Shown: piece by piece, positions 25,850 to 38,315 of the stretch
Layout: each line of letters opens with the position of its first letter
How positions within the stretch are numbered: the first letter of the stretch is position 1
Assembly (NCBI GenBank): GCA_002104905.1
Contig: MCFE01000091.1
Coordinates: 112,313 to 176,312 of the forward strand
Source of the DNA: Basidiobolus meristosporus CBS 931.73
Taxonomy: Eukaryota > Fungi > Basidiobolomycota
DNA length: 64,000 bases
Direction of reading: 5' to 3'
The notes under the pieces: model-generated
The model's input: the letters and a program-made list of their open reading frames with translations, nothing else
Told to the model about the DNA's origin: nothing
Database searches by the model: none
Program-made: the position numbers and the translations under genes

Positions 25850-26060
25850 GGACTTGTTCCATCATTCCAGCTGATCATAGTGCCCAATAGTGCCATAGCA
25901 TGCCGTATGGTGCCTGATCATGCCACAGAGTGCCAGATGGTGCCATACAGTGCCAATTTGAGATCAAAATTGACATGCATTTGACCCTAGAATATCAAAT
26001 TAATAACAAAATATACAGCACTTTCTGGCACTATGATCAATGGCACAATGGAACAAGTCT
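25850..26060. mobile_element. MITE, second copy
   Basis: Same TIRs and body as 5281-5490; flanks AGT/AAT. Confidence 0.85.
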
Positions 26061-27849
26061 AATGTAAAGTTGGATTGGGTGCAACAAGCAGCTGATCTTT
26101 GTTAGGAAAACTCTGCCAGAGTATGCCAGGTTTCTCTTGGTCACAAGCCATTTTCTACACCATTCAACACAGAATTCATATAAACAGGAGCCAGAGCACA
26201 CCTATAATGGGGAGTAGACTCCAGCAGGGAGATGGAATACATTGGCTAAGTAACAAAAAACTCTTTGCAAATGCTATGGAAGTATTCATGACAAAAGTGG
26301 AGGCAATCAAGCATATGCTTGCAAGATGTATATGTTATCAGCAATACAGATATATGGCTACTTTGCAAGTATTGCACTGAAAAGGCATAAAGTTGAGGTG
26401 ATAGAAGTGTGTCAGTAGCAGCAAGTGTGTGCATATGTAGAGGTTAGTAAGCAGAAGGCCATGGTTTTTTTGGCTCATACTGTATGTTGAATATTCATGG
26501 TAGCAGTGGGCTAGCAAATAATGAGGGGTGATTCTATAGCTAGGTATAGGAATAGTGCAAGGGGAGGTAGCAAAAGGAAACACCATTTGGTAAATTGGTA
26601 CAGTGGCATTATATAGGACTAGCCATCGTCTGAAGTACTGTCACTACAATGCCAGCACTGGTCAACTAAGAGGCCATCAAAATACCATCAAGTATTTTGC
26701 CAAGTAAGGCAGTTGAGTGCTTTGGCCAGTTAGGTCAGCTGGTGAAAGTCTGAGTAGAAGCAAAGAAAGTATACACAAGCTAGAGAGAGAACAATGTGGC
26801 AAGAGGAGAAGTTCTTGCCAACTACCCTGTTGACACTGCACAGTTTGGATCCCACAATAGCCAAAAAGAAATTGCCGCAAGACAACAGCTGTTTCACTAG
26901 AGTTTAAGGTGCATTCAATTGAGCCAAGTTTCAGTGAGGTAAGAGACCTTGCAAACAAAGGCACTTCTTCTACTGTAACCTTTGTGTCCTCTATCAAAGA
27001 CATAGTGGGGATCCCAATGATGAGCATGGTAGTAGTGTCAGCAATTGAAAGGTTTATTACCAAGACTGTAGTAGAATTTTAGCTCAGTGATATCCATACC
27101 TAGAGGCTGCAGCATATCTCCAATGGTAGCTTGAATGAAAATGCACTTGATTATTGCATGGAGATATTGTAAAAACTGACAGATCACGTACATGACCCTT
27201 CACTGCAGCCTAAACACAAGGACCTGTGGTAACTAGTGAGTTATGTGTGTCATAAAGTCTCAGGGTTCCCACCAAGGATATGGATAAAGCATGTTCAGGC
27301 AGAGGGGCCTATTCAGTGGTGGATATTAATACAATCACTTGCTCTTTGTGGGGTAAGGCTTACTATTGACATTGAGTATAGGGCCTTCTTTAGGTCTGTA
27401 AGCTCCAGGATTGAATTATATATGATTATGTAACAGAAATAAATCTGTTCATATGCATGAATAACTGACACACCAGTAATGTTAGTTGGGAGGTGCATGT
27501 AGTAGTGATTATACCCAATCTACTGACATGTAGGAAGTGACTGAGTGTCTGAGATTGGGAAGTGAGTGGGGTGGCATAAAGCTAATGAAACACAACTAAG
27601 GGAGCATTAAGGTGGGAAATTTGACCAATTTTTTTGTGAACTCCAGGGTGCAGTTTTTTCATATATCTCCTACAAAGTATCCTAATGGCATCAATACCTC
27701 TTGAGCGTAGGATTTAGACTCTGGAATAGGCTTATGTTTAGATAAATATAGTTACTTCTTGTAAGGATAACTCTATCAAAACCTCAAATGTCTTATGTTG
27801 TACATAAAGTAAGGATCTCACCAGTGAGTAAAGCAACATAGTCTGGAAG

Positions 27850-28450
27850 TCAGAGGCTAATCACAATGCCTACACTGGAGCTTTGGAGCAGTAATACACT
27901 TCTCAAAGGGTTGCAGCACTTTTTCAAGAGCAGTTTTAGTGAAAACCCATCTGAGTAGTGCAAAGATCTGCTGCAAGGACTAGTACATGAGCAACCAGAC
28001 CTTGCACTGTAGGCTGAAGGCAAGGATGTATGGGAACTAGTGAATAAACAATAACATGGAACTGCAGGGTTTCTGCTAATGGCATGGATGCAGGATACTA
28101 AGGCACAAGCACTTATTGAATGGTAAATTTCACTGGAGTGACTTATCAAATGTGGAGCTGGGATCTACATTGAAACTAGGTATAGGTACTTCCACATGTC
28201 AGTACAATCCAAGATTAAGCTCTATCTGAAAGCTCAGCAATAACATACCAATCCATATGAATGAGAAGTAAGAGCACCAGTAGATTCAGTAAGTATGGTG
28301 TGTAAAAACACATGTAGGAGAAGATTGAGTGTCTGGGATGAGGATGTGAGAGAAAAGACAGGAACCAATCAAAAGCTACTTGGGTACCATTGAGGTGATG
28401 GACTTTGTCTAGGTTTTGTGAGATGTGAGGTGCCATTTTTTTTCAGTGGT
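27850..28450 (-). mobile_element. Possible hAT transposase relic
   Basis: CFYTPYLLNLLV resembles hAT C(F)AH.LNL(V); ..ISACALVSCIHAI..VPC..LF.SS resembles the hAT dimerisation motif; very degenerate. Confidence 0.35.
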
Positions 28451-28849
28451 CTTTACATGGTGCTCTGATACCACCAATACCTTTCAGTCATATGTTATAA
28501 ATTTTGTGGTGGCATGTTGACAAGATCATCTTGGTACTTTTCAAAGGTTAGAGTGGATATGTTCAGATCACTGGTGTCAGGGCACTTGTGTTTCTGCATA
28601 TAATATATTAAGATTGGCATCCAGATATGATGAAATGTTAGGCAACTAGTATAGAATTCAGATCTTTGATACCTAAGATAATATGGGTGGGTTTTCCTTT
28701 GCAGTCACCAAGAGAAGGGCTTTCATTTCCTTTACAGAGTCTTTGGTGTATTCATTGATTGCAATCTGTTGCACATCAACATTTAAATCTTAGCCAATTC
28801 AGCTCCATTAAAATATCTAGTAACCTCACTGATTTTCCCTAACCCAAAC

Positions 28850-29285
28850 ATGACTAGTCCCAGTTATAGTTTATTTTATCATTTCTCAGAATCCATTTCA
28901 ATTAATCCAATCTCTTGGTGCTTACTAACTCAACTTGATCAGAAAAGTATAAATAAAGCTGACTGAACCTTTTGGTTTAGTGTGTGTCTCAACAAAATTA
29001 AGATTGTGCCTCAGCAAAATTAAGAATTCACAATTTCATTCTAGTTTCTACTCATGCCTAGCATATCTAGCACTCCTATGAACACTAAGCCTAGCCTGCA
29101 TAGCAAATCAACTCTGTTGCCTTTATAGCCAAACCCAGCTATATACAAGACCAATATTAGACCAGAATCTCTCTGCTAATATTTCCACCACTCTCTGACA
29201 ATTGCTAGATTCTGCTCTTGGTCGTCTCTTATGTTCAGTTAAACCATTCAAGAGTTTTGTAGCACTTTTCTCTTGGGATACAATA
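28850..29285 (+). repeat. Dispersed repeat family D copy (inverted)
   Basis: Reverse complement of the 22290-22660 and 22870-22920 segments. Confidence 0.75.
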
Positions 29286-29554
29286 TGGTTTCAGAAGGGT
29301 ATCTAGCCATTTTCATCAGCAATATGTACTCCCATTGATTTCACCTTATCTACTAGCATGGTAATTCTTTTGGTTAGGCTTCTCATTTCTTCTCCAGAGA
29401 GCATCTTTGTAGCCAAGAATTCTCATCCTATGTACATTCCTTGAGCAGCTGAGCATGGCTGACAGGTGTCTTCTAGTGCCTCAGAAATGTAAAGGTGATA
29501 TTTATAGCTTTACAAGGTCTTGGCAAAGCAGTCATTTACAACAGGCTTGAGAAG

Positions 29555-29665
29555 TTCCTAGGAGCATGTGCAGAAAGTTTAGGCAACCTTTGGATTTTCT
29601 CATGTTCCGAATACCAGGAATTTGGGTGAAATATTTGATGTAAATCCCAACAAGGAATTTGGGTG
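29555..29665 (-). mobile_element. Old Copia LTR remnant at the repeat/gene boundary
   Basis: Diverged reverse-complement match to the LTR core (aaattccttgttgggattta..catgagaaaat..gcacatg). Confidence 0.55.
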
Positions 29666-30661
29666 AGATACTCTATGATTTGTAGACCACAATTCGAGTG
29701 ACCAAGTGAATGGGAAATCCGGGTGTAATTGCGAGATTTCCCACCAAGATTAGCCCAATTCACCAATGCCAATATTCCAGTGACACTCTCGACAGCTCCG
29801 AAACGTGCGCTTAGCTGCTCATTGGTTTGATACCCTTCAGTCCAAGAGCGCCCAGAATTTCTCTTGGACACCACACCCGTCAGCAGAAACCCTGGTGCCA
29901 TAGATCACCAGACTACAATCGAGCCGTTTTGAGATGCTTGCAGTGGAATTTTTTTCCAACGGTGGGTAGGTGGTGTATTACCTCCCACGCTAGATTCTAG
30001 ACAGCAGTAATCGATGCCCGTTGAATTGAGCAGATGTTAAGGAAAACTTGGTTTGCTGAACTTACGGCCTTACTGAGGGATTGCTTGTGAGCATTAGGGC
30101 ATAGGCGTGATACTGTGAAGGGTAATCACGTTCCACCTGGTCAGCTGGTTTTAGGAATCAAGGGGGGGGAGATGGAAGACAGGGGCGCGTACCCTCCAGG
30201 TTTACTTGACGTGCACCACACCTTTTGGTAGACGACACCGACTTTGGCCTCCGATGACACATCCCGGAATGCCAGATCCGGTCTACCCACCACCATTCAA
30301 TGCTACTCGGTGGGTCGAGCCATCCGTGGATCTCGGGCAACACCAGATCTGGCAAGGGGCCAACTCTATCGGCGGGTACCGTCGCGATGGGGAGGGATTT
30401 TAGGTTTGGACGATCCCAGGCCATCCCAATCCGGACCCGACCGACCCGATCCAAGGATGATGTCAATGGAAGAAGCCACCCCACTCCGAATCCCCCTTGG
30501 AGGTGGATTCCCAGACCCCGACTGGTGGCGGAGGATAGGCGAGGGTGAGGGGAGGGGAGGGGTTCACTATAAAACCGCCCGGCTCCACGGGACGTCCCCC
30601 AGAAAATTTCGGTGGTGGTCTTCGCGCGAAACCAAGTGGAGTTCGTAAACGTTTGCGCTTC

Positions 30662-31365
30662 ATGTCAAGGGAACCGAGTGAGCATCCACGGATCAGGCCG
30701 GGACTTCGTACGGGGTGCCTGGTGGTGAGCTACTTCCAACTGGTAAGGGATCCGAAGCGGTGGTCGCTGTTGGTAGACCGCGGGACTCACCGGGAAGGTT
30801 TTTCTTTTCATCGGGAATAGATACTCGCCGTGGTGGCGGCCCTGTTGACCGTCATCCTGCTGGTGCTGCTGAGGTCCAGCAAGGAGACCTACCTCTTTGG
30901 TTACAAGATCCAGAGCATCCAGGTCATCTCCTACCTTCTGTTCGGTATCGAAACCCTCAACGTCATCGCGGGTTTCCTGGGCGTCTGGGGTACGCACAAG
31001 GTAAGTGACAGCGAGGTGAGGTGAGGTAAGGTGGGGGTGGGGTGGTGGGACTCTCCACTAACGATTACGTACAGCGACAATCCAGAACACTGTTCGGGTA
31101 CCTCGTGATGAACGGGGTGTGCGTGGTGATATGGCTAAGCGGGTTGGCCATCGCCATTCAAACCCAGAACCCGCCCTGGGGGATCCTGTTCGGCGTGATG
31201 GTAAGCGAAACGAATGTTCCCGATGGAAGCTCGGGAAGCCCTGTACTCACCCGGAAGATGTTCTAGATGGTGGTGCAGCTCCTTCTCTACTGCCCGGTGC
31301 ACTGGTATCGGCAGGAAATCCGGCGCGCGTCAAGCCAGGTCCGCGAATTCCCCCTGAAGAAGTGA
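30662..31365 (+). CDS. Small four-TM membrane protein (tetraspanin/LAPTM-like), 4 exons
   Basis: ATG 30662; GT..AG introns after ..RTGCLV, ..GTHK and ..LFGVM give one open frame ending ..FPLKK-TGA at 31365; four hydrophobic segments. Confidence 0.75.
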
Positions 31366-31634
31366 ACCCTCCTCCTCTTGGATGTTTTCTCGCCCTTCGC
31401 TTAATGTGTCTTAGATTGATCACGCGCAACATCCATTAGACCTTAGCGGGCAAGTGATTTCAACCGATCCAGCCCCTAACAGACTCGTGGTATCCAAATT
31501 AGTTCGAGGGGGGGGGGTGACCCGTGGAGTGTAGGTGTCAACGCTGGTCGCGATGGAAATAAAGCACACACTCAGACTGGGGGATTTTATTTACAATATA
31601 TTCAACAGGGTGGGGCGGTGGCAGCATCGGTCGA

Positions 31635-32723
31635 CTATCCGGAGGCGGATACGGACAGGTCTTGATGCGCGGACTCCTCGAAGGAATTCAAGATCCGTCT
31701 CATCGACTCGGCGGTGGAATTCAATCGAGCCTGCTCGTCGCGATTCAGGGGAATATCCGCGATCCACTCGACCCCGTTCGCCCCGATGGCCGCGGGCAAA
31801 CTGAGGTACAGCCCGTGGCGTTCACTCCAGCAACTTACCGGCTGGATACGCCCGACATCGTTGACGATCGATTCGCACAGGGAGCTGACGCAGGCTCCGA
31901 TCCCGTAGTAGGTGGATCCTTTGAGGTTGATGATGTTGTAGGCCTTGCGTGCGGCCTGACGCTCGATCTTCTTCAGGTCCAGCCTCTGGACCTGGGGGAA
32001 CGAGAGCAACGGCATATTCCCCACGTTTGCACATGACCAGGCGACGAACTGGGCGTCCCCGTGCTCCCCCAGCACGTAACTGTGAATGGCGGTCGGGTTG
32101 AAGCCAAGGTGGTTGGCCAGGATGTTTCGTAGACGGAGGGAATCCAGGAAAGTCCCGCTGCCGAAGACCTGATTGTGAGGCAGGTTGGTCAATTTCTGCG
32201 CGAAGTAGGTCAGAAGGTCGACGGGGTTGGCGACGACCAGGATCTTGGCGTCGGGACGGATGGGGGACATGGATTGAATGACGTCCTTCATGATGTGGTA
32301 GTTCTGCTCGATCAGCTGGAGCCGGGTCTCCCCTGGTTTCTGGTTGACTCCGGCGGTGATGACGATGATGTCCGCCTGGCCGCATTCCTTGTGGGTGGCA
32401 GTTCTGACCTTGGTTGTGGTGAGAAACTGGCAGTCGATCATATCCATCACCTGTCCGTGGGCAAACCCTGGCTGAGCATCGCAGAGCATGACAGTGGGGG
32501 CGACATTCCGGAGCATTAGAGCGTAAGCGGAGGAGGCACCAACCACGCCGCTCCCCACGATGGAGATCTTCTTGGTGGTGCCTTGATGCGAACTCTCAAT
32601 GATCCGGTTGCTCCTGACCGCCGATGGGGAGGAAAGCCATCTCAAACCCCCAATCCCGGCGAGACGAGAGAGCAAGGGCGAGCGGGTGTAAAAAAGACTC
32701 GTACGGGGCTTCAATAGGTTCAT
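31635..32723 (-). CDS. LDH: NAD-dependent L-lactate dehydrogenase with an N-terminal extension, intronless
   Basis: IVGSGVVG Rossmann motif; ITAGVNQKPGETRLQL (LDH-type substrate loop with Gln); VVANPVD; GSGTFLDSLR; catalytic GEHGD; first ATG at 32723. Confidence 0.95.
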   Translation of the reverse strand: MNLLKPRTSLFYTRSPLLSRLAGIGGLRWLSSPSAVRSNRIIESSHQGTTKKISIVGSGVVGASSAYALMLRNVAPTVMLCDAQPGFAHGQVMDMIDCQFLTTTKVRTATHKECGQADIIVITAGVNQKPGETRLQLIEQNYHIMKDVIQSMSPIRPDAKILVVANPVDLLTYFAQKLTNLPHNQVFGSGTFLDSLRLRNILANHLGFNPTAIHSYVLGEHGDAQFVAWSCANVGNMPLLSFPQVQRLDLKKIERQAARKAYNIINLKGSTYYGIGACVSSLCESIVNDVGRIQPVSCWSERHGLYLSLPAAIGANGVEWIADIPLNRDEQARLNSTAESMRRILNSFEESAHQDLSVSASG

Positions 32724-33419
32724 GTTTACCTTCCACCGAGGCAACCCTCGGATATTTATAAAGAATCGGTCATTCAGCATTCTGTTGATAGGCCTTGTCT
32801 ATATGGGGATGTTGGAAATTTCGAAATTTCACGGTTCCATAGCCTCGAAGATTCGTGCTGGTGGGGAGTTCAGGTCAATCGATCCGCTCTGCAGTGGATG
32901 GGCGGATGGGCGGATGGGCGATAGAGGCAGATTAGCCGCTTGATTGTATTACGGAATCGTCTCAGGCCTTGGTATCTAGATGGAGGGGGATTCCGACTGT
33001 GTTGCTCACCGTTTCTCAATGTATTCCAGATAGCAACTCGAAGATACGGCAATCTCCGCAGGATCCATTCTAGCACATGATATTGAATCCACTAGCCCCA
33101 TTCCCCCTCCCGTTCCCACGGCCATTATATGTGAAGGCGAGCATCCGTCAAGCCAATGTCTCACGGCGCCTTCCATTAAGGTTTGTTGACCTTGTATGGC
33201 TTAGCTTGAGGGCCGATTCCAATTTAATCGGGGATTTATGTGGCAAGGAATAGCCCGAAGAACAAACTAGGAAATCACCTAGATGCTGGGTTGGTGGAGG
33301 CGTAACGTCATTCGCCTAAGCCTTCACTGCCTGATCATTAGCGAACAAATACGGAGAATGGATGAAAGGTGGATTTTATTCGGAATCCGTGTTTCTAATG
33401 TTGAACAGAGGGGAATGAC

Positions 33420-35559
33420 TTAGGCACCAGAGGGTTTCAACTTCAATGATAAATAGGCAGCCACGAACGAGCAAACCCCACCAACCCTAAGGACCCACCC
33501 GACAGAGTCTGTGGAGGACTCCTTCAAAAGAGTGAAAATGAACGTGCTAACCAGGATGATGACGAATTGCGGGAACACCACATACATGTTGTGGATTCCC
33601 AACACAATTCCAGAATCCAGCACTGGCTCCTGAGGCTCGGAATTGACCGTGGCCATGTTGCTTGACATGGTTATCACCGATGTGTTGTTTTCACTCGAGT
33701 AGAGAGTAGAAGTGGAGCTTTCTGGAACCGCCGGTAGACATTTTGTGTTCGCTGCCGATCCTGGGGTGGAATGGGAATGGGAATGGGAATTGGAAGAAAC
33801 AAACTCTCCAACTAGCGCGAATGGGATCCACAGGGCAATTCCCCATGATATACCGCAGAGCATGACGATGACGGACGCCTCCGTTGCAGACCCAACCCAG
33901 TAGGTCACCAACATGACAGTTCCAAAGAACACGAGCGAGAAGGTGTAGATGTTATGGATGTCGAAGAGATGGATGCACGCGTTCGAGCTCCACTTCTGGA
34001 TCTTCGTACAGGCAGAATCCTCACTTGCACACGGCTGCACCTCCTTCCCTTCCGATAAGTATTCTGTGAGCATTGGGAGAACCAATGTGGTCACCAACGA
34101 AACGATCGATTGAATGAATAACGCGAACGACCCGGCGCGAATGGCATCCTCAACTATGTCCGGATCTGTGGAACGGCTGTTTCGGATGTACACCTCGGTG
34201 ATCCAGGTGGTGCTACGAATAAAAAACCGATTAAAACATGAGCCGTACTCCAAGAGTGGATCCAGGCTCTCACCTATAAAAGAGAAACGGGAACCATCCC
34301 ATCCACGCGAAAAACTGCACGTTGCATATCTTCTGCACGGGGCTTGGAAGGTAGCGGAATCCGTACCAGATCTCTTGGAGGGTCGAAGTGATGGAGATTT
34401 TGCTGGTCGATGTCAGGGAGTTGGATGAGTGAAATGGTATCGAATAGACATGGAGCCAAGACTTACCGGGCTGGTCCAGGTGTATTCTCTTGGTGGGGCA
34501 CCACCTCGGTCACCGACAAACAGGTTATCCCTAAACTGAACACAAACACCATCCCGGCAATGGCGCACAAAATCTGCATCTGGGTCTTGCCTAACATTGG
34601 GAACACCTCGACCAGGTCGATGAATCCCATGAAGTAGCCAACCACACTCCCAATATTCAGCATCCTTCCGGCGTATGCATTTGCCACCTCTTGTTGATCG
34701 TGGGGAGCCCTGTCCAGGATCAATGCTCGACAGCATGCCTGCACAGCATTGATTGAAAAGTCCAAAATATAAAACGCCACCACCGCGATGAGGATCGCCA
34801 CGTTACGCTAGTGATGTCATTGGAAGCATGGTTCAGTCGAACGAGTCCATGAGAGAGAAGGTTGAGGTCAAGTGGGACGCTTTTTACCTTCACAGAGTCG
34901 TTGTCGGTCGAGTTGACTGCGAACAAATGAGCCAGCTCCTTGGCATAAGCTATGGCGGCCACTGACGACAAGACTAAAACACCGCCCCCAACAATATATG
35001 GTCTTCTTCTGCCATAGCGACATTGTGTGTCATCACTGATGGCCCCAATCACCGGTTGAATCAGCAAGCCTAGCGAGGAACTAACTTGTGAGCGATTTGG
35101 TCGTCCAAAGTCCACCACCCTTCCCCACCCTACCTGATAAAGGCCCAGCAAGCCAGACCAGAGACATCAGCGGTTTCGACAAGCCGAGCAGTAGAAGGTA
35201 AGGCGTGCCGTAGCTAAATTAGGCCCAGGGTCTACACGTTACTATCAGAAACTGTTTGGTTCTGGTCAAGACATACGTACGCTAGTTCCACCGTCCCTAA
35301 ATGTGCAGAAAGCAAACCAACAAAGTTAGAACTTGGGGGCATTTCGCAAACACTGAGGTTGAACTGGGAAGCAAAACTAACAGGTGAATTGCACGCCGGC
35401 CAAACATATGGATAGTTTGATGAGGTCGAGGACGCTTAGGGTGGGAGTGGTTGAGTTGGGAAGTACGGTGGTATGAACCCGAGGAAAACTCTTGTAGCCT
35501 GCTTCGGTGAGCGTTCTATGGATCAGAGGGGTTCTACTGGTGTCCTCTTCACTGGCCAT
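33420..35559 (-). CDS. MFS sucrose/alpha-glucoside:H+ symporter-like protein (SUT1/SLC45 family), multi-exon
   Basis: IQPVIGAISDDTQCRYGRRRPYI, LDFSINAVQACCRALILD, GIALWIPFALVGE and GIVLGIHNMYVVFPQ are characteristic family motifs. Confidence 0.9.
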
Positions 35560-35872
35560 GACTGTCTGCTCACTGTGTACACAGTTGTACTTTGGTTATA
35601 TGCTTCTGGGCAAAAGATAGGGATTATGGGGATTATTGGATATTATTTGTACTGTGGGTTGCTTCGGTTTGGGTGAGATTAGCAACAACGGCTCATCAGT
35701 GATGCCAAATAAAGGAAGCAGTCCTACACAACCATCCCTATGTCACGCGGAGACGAGCTTGCACGGTGACGTCAAACCACCTGGATTCACGTCATGTGAA
35801 CATGAGGATTAACATCAAGGTGACCGTAGCCGCAACCGCAACCGCCACCAAAACTACATTCCTAATCTCCTC

Positions 35873-36007
35873 AAACCCTACCTATTACCGTGCTACATCC
35901 AGATTACCATGGGACTCACCCCCAACGGCACCCTAACCCTAACCCTAAGTCGAAATCAAAGCGTCATTGAACAAAATCCAGGCTAGGAACGAGATCACCC
36001 CTAACCC
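35873..36007 (+). promoter_or_regulatory. Cluster of telomere-like motifs upstream of RPL37
   Basis: AAACCCTA 35873-35880, (CCCTAA)3 35931-35948, CCCTAACCC near 35999-36007. Confidence 0.6.
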
Positions 36008-36101
36008 AATCACGAACGAGGAAAAAATCCAACTTGATATAACGTTAACCAAAGTCTAAGCCGGGCCATTCTTCCTTTCATATCCTTCAAGTCCATCTGA
36101 A

Positions 36102-36446
36102 ATGGTAGGTGGAATGCATCCATCGCGCGAGTCGACACCACCACTCATTCGTTTCAATTTCTAGACCAAGGGTACCCAAAGCTTTGGTAAACGCCACACC
36201 AAATCCCACACTCTCTGCCGTCGTTGTGGCAACCGCTCTTTCCACAACCAAAAGAAGACCTGCGCTTCCTGCGGATACCCCTCGGCCAAGATCCGCTCCT
36301 TCAACTGGGGCGAGAAGGCCAAGCGTAGAAAGACCACCGGCACTGGTCGTATGAGATACTTGAAGGATGTTTCCCGTCGTTTCAAGAATGGCTTCCGTGA
36401 GGGTGTTGTCGCTCAAAAGCACATTGCCGTCGCCGCCTCCGCCTAA
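36102..36446 (+). CDS. RPL37: 60S ribosomal protein L37 (eL37); ATG-only first exon, intron 36105-36164
   Basis: Spliced product [54 protein letters not shown]. Confidence 0.97.
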
Positions 36447-36652
36447 ACGACACTCGATCTATTCATCCCTTGGCTATGAATTCTCTCATGACTAAGAATA
36501 AAACTGATCCCATTGCCCCACGCCATCCATTCATCCCTATCCATCCATCTAATCTCTACCGTCCAGATTGACTAGACACTTTCACGAACAATTCGAGGTA
36601 GCGGAAGACTTCCAGGTGATTTATTCGAGAAACATGCAGTTTGGTGATAGGT

Positions 36653-37764
36653 CTATATACAGGGGGTTTTATGCAGAGCAAGCTCGTTTTGAACCTGCAT
36701 GATTTGGTGTTCAACCAAGTGTAATTTGTGGAGCCAAGATTGGGCGATTTCGTATTCATCACTCCCCATCCAACCTGGTCTATTCTGTGGGAGATTGGTT
36801 AATTCCATCACTAGTTCATCCAAGTTTCCGATGCTTTGTTTAGAGGTGGCCGCGATGGTGCTCACTGGATCAGCAGTGTCCTGCACCCCTTTCGCATGCG
36901 GATCTGAGCGAGACTTCTCAGTGCTCGCGTTGCAATCCCATTTTTGCTCCCAGTGATCGCTTTCAGCCGCGTCACTGGAGGTGTACACACTTTTGTCGGC
37001 ACTTCGCTCTCTCATTTCTACCACCCGCTTGCCACTTTTACTGAACCAATATTCGGGGTAACGGCGACCGATATTATTCACGATCAGCGCGACGACGAAC
37101 TGAACGGTCAAGCCGAAAAGAATGGGGGTGACCAGAAACATGAAGCCTAGGTTATATATCGTCGGGCCTCCGGAGAGAATGATCAACGCGGAGGCGGCAG
37201 CTGGTGGATGGGTGGTATTGGTGAGCTCCATCAACAGCATGGATAAGCTTAGCCCAAATGCGATTTGGAACCATATCAGGTGGTCCTCGGTGGGCAGCAG
37301 GCAGATGAAAAGTTTTTTCAGGCTGATGCACATCAAGTCCACCAGCAAATAGCCAAAAACTGGTCGAGAAGGTTAGTGGGGGGAGGGGTGGACAAGACTG
37401 GTGTATGGAGAATGAGCATTACCGAAATTACGAGGCATTGACGCAGTCAGATCAGCCGCACCATACAGCAGGACTGCTGAAGAGGCCTAGACTGGGTTAA
37501 GAGGATGAATGAGGGAAATTTAACTATATTGGTCGCTCAACTTACAAATGAAGGGATCAGGGTTGGCAGCCGGTTCGAGACAAAAAATTGGGTGTGGTAT
37601 GACAAGTAGGTGAGCAAACCTATGGTCAGAAATGATGCCGTAAATCCACGCAGAAAGCCCCATATATCCGGAACCCTGAGCTGCTTGCCTCCTGACGATC
37701 CTAACCACCTGGTCAGGTACTCTTCGATGAGGTGAAGTGGGTATTTTGCGATGGCTTGGCGCAT
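36653..37764 (-). CDS. HPP-family membrane protein, multi-exon
   Basis: Exon pieces give ASSAVLLYG..PRNF and THPPAAASALI, the two HPP-family signatures. Confidence 0.85.
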
Positions 37765-38315
37765 ATCCTAGCCCAAGACCACAGAGGGGGGAAATGGCAT
37801 TCCCGACGGCAGGTGAACTATATATATCATAGCTCAAGATTGAAGCACATGCCGGCCTTGATAGATCTGAGATGGATGAATGGGTGCTTCAATATGAAAC
37901 GTATCCTGGCTGTTAATGAGACTCGGATAAAGGTTTTCGAGACAAATTGTTACCCGAGATTGCAACTGCACTCTAGGTGTTGTCACACAACTTCCCTATA
38001 CCGCCCCACCGTAATGCTCGCCGTAATGCTAGATTGATTATCGGCAACAAGCAAGTGGAAAAACCTCATTGGGCGCGCCTTGCCACCGAAAATCAATTTC
38101 ATCAAACCCCTACTTGGGCCCGTTCAACATTCTTGGCGTTGTTTACGGGTCCAATCTAGCTATATTAATCAGGCATTGGTGAAGAGCAGATCCGCCGGCA
38201 CGCATCGTCGGATTTCCTTGGAAGTGGAATTAATTTACCTCGTTCGGGGTCTGCATTGATTATATTATCATCCGTTCCCCCCCAGCCTCCAAGACATTCT
38301 CTTTTCTTCGCTCGT

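Larger units (their letters stand above)
23300..26660 (+). mobile_element. CACTA/EnSpm (Tnp2-like) DNA transposon relic, interrupted by repeat D and the MITE
   Basis: 24735-24944 GPKSLSILESYLYPLLDQF..IASFSGHNEQYCC and GAMHLLFSNI match the layout of Tnp2/Transposase_21 motifs (GPKEP..FL.PLVDEL..GFSGH..C; DPMHL); homologous inverted copy at 52380-54540; 23540-23660 also recurs at 12920-13035. Confidence 0.7.

Noticed and set aside
26660-27840. Leu-rich, F-box/LRR-like peptide remnants
   Set aside because: Too degenerate to assign from sequence alone
29900-30650. Several overlapping GC-rich ORFs and an E2F-like TTCGCGCGAAA at 30621-30631
   Set aside because: No recognisable motifs or consistent splice pattern; a single motif instance upstream of a membrane-protein gene is not enough evidence
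31662-32519. Antisense and alternative-frame ORFs over LDH, and similar ones over the transporter and stomatin genes
   Set aside because: Shadow ORFs expected from GC-rich codon usage
35931-35948. Interstitial telomere as a chromosome-fusion scar
   Set aside because: Only three units, in promoter position of RPL37, with no inverted array; a regulatory motif is more parsimonious
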